Below, piece by piece: positions 63,330 through 64,000 of a DNA stretch of 64,000 nucleotides. The notes under the pieces were generated by a model. That model had not been told where the DNA came from. It searched no databases and saw only the letters and a program-made list of their open reading frames with translations. The stretch spans positions 7,004,273 through 7,068,272 of the forward strand of contig NC_057753.1 in the NCBI RefSeq assembly GCF_004010195.1, read 5' to 3'. Every line of letters starts with the position of its first letter. The first letter of the stretch is position 1. Position numbers and translations under genes: made by a program. Source of the DNA: Chiloscyllium plagiosum (Eukaryota).

Positions 63330-64000
63330 TATTCAGCTTTTTATCTTACCTAACATGCTGGGCAAGGTAGACATGGAGGATTTTCGACAACGCAACTAAC
63401 AGGAATCACCTGTTGACCTCAACTCTCTTCTGGCCCTGAAAGGCCACCTCGATGAACAAAAGTCACCAAGGTCTCATGGCACGGTCCATGCGTACTTCTG
63501 CACACAACGCCATTTCTCCAAACTTGAGCATTCATACAATGACAACCTGAAAGAATTCACAGGACACTTTTCCAATTTGCTTAAATCATGCTTCTCTTGT
63601 AGTTTGTTGCATGCAAATTGCTCCAGCAAAGAAGACATTGCACTGGAGGAAATGCATCGAGCTCATGACTTGAACCAGGTTAAAACCCCGAGTCCTTCGT
63701 TCATTGTCGTACACAATGCCAATATTTCACTGACATCACTGCTTCCCCCTTCAATCAAAAACATTTTACGCATAAGACTTGCCTTGGTGCTTTGGATTCT
63801 TGTTGGTGTTTCAGCAGACTTCATTCCAGGTGGAGAGTTTTTGCGCAGGAACTACCAGGAAAGTAAGTCAAGAACAGCCTCTGATATTTGTCCAAAGGAT
63901 TGGGAACAGTCAGCCAGTCACTCAAGATGTCCCGAGACAGTATGTACTCCAAAATAATGAGGTTACAGCCAACTGTTGTATGTCAAATGATGTCGCTGGA

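Larger units (their letters stand above)
57880..64000 (+). repeat. Start of a fourth, more diverged duplication unit (truncated by the window end)
   Basis: Same block order as unit 2: Gmr1 relic cut at the same point, the shared flank, the solo-LTR relic, and the gctccagcaa...agccaactgttgtatgtc block (cf. 30840-31240). Confidence 0.8.

Noticed and set aside
1..64000. CRISPR array, rRNA or prokaryotic operon
   Set aside because: No regularly spaced repeat-spacer structure or rRNA motifs; the content is vertebrate genomic DNA.

Overview
This is repeat-rich eukaryotic DNA. The CR1 LINEs, HE1/V-SINE-like SINEs and short Penelope-derived palindromes point to a cartilaginous fish, probably a shark (inference). 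The main structure is a tandem array of a roughly 12-20 kb segmental-duplication unit beginning at about 12,535. Three units each carry an intact two-exon class-A GPCR gene on the + strand, of the divergent GPR139-like orphan type: a 70-nt exon 1, a phase-1 GT-AG intron and a ~900-nt exon 2. The genes are at 20327-23913, 35458-38319 and 47154-49748. A fourth, more diverged unit starts at about 57,900-60,500 and runs off the right end. The paralogs differ mainly in upper TM2/TM3, in a CRE-versus-TGATATCA promoter motif, in an in-frame upstream ATG and in a C-terminal frameshift. The rest is transposon debris: young and old CR1 LINEs (one inserted on a GPCR intron's predicted branch point, one nested antisense in its own family), a Gypsy pol relic, Gmr1-type LTR relics (SCAN-like gag, protease followed directly by integrase) with solo LTRs, and Penelope fragments with minimal hammerhead-ribozyme motifs. 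There are also several local tandem duplications and two assembly gaps. Family assignments come from motif recognition, not database searches, and repeat boundaries are approximate.
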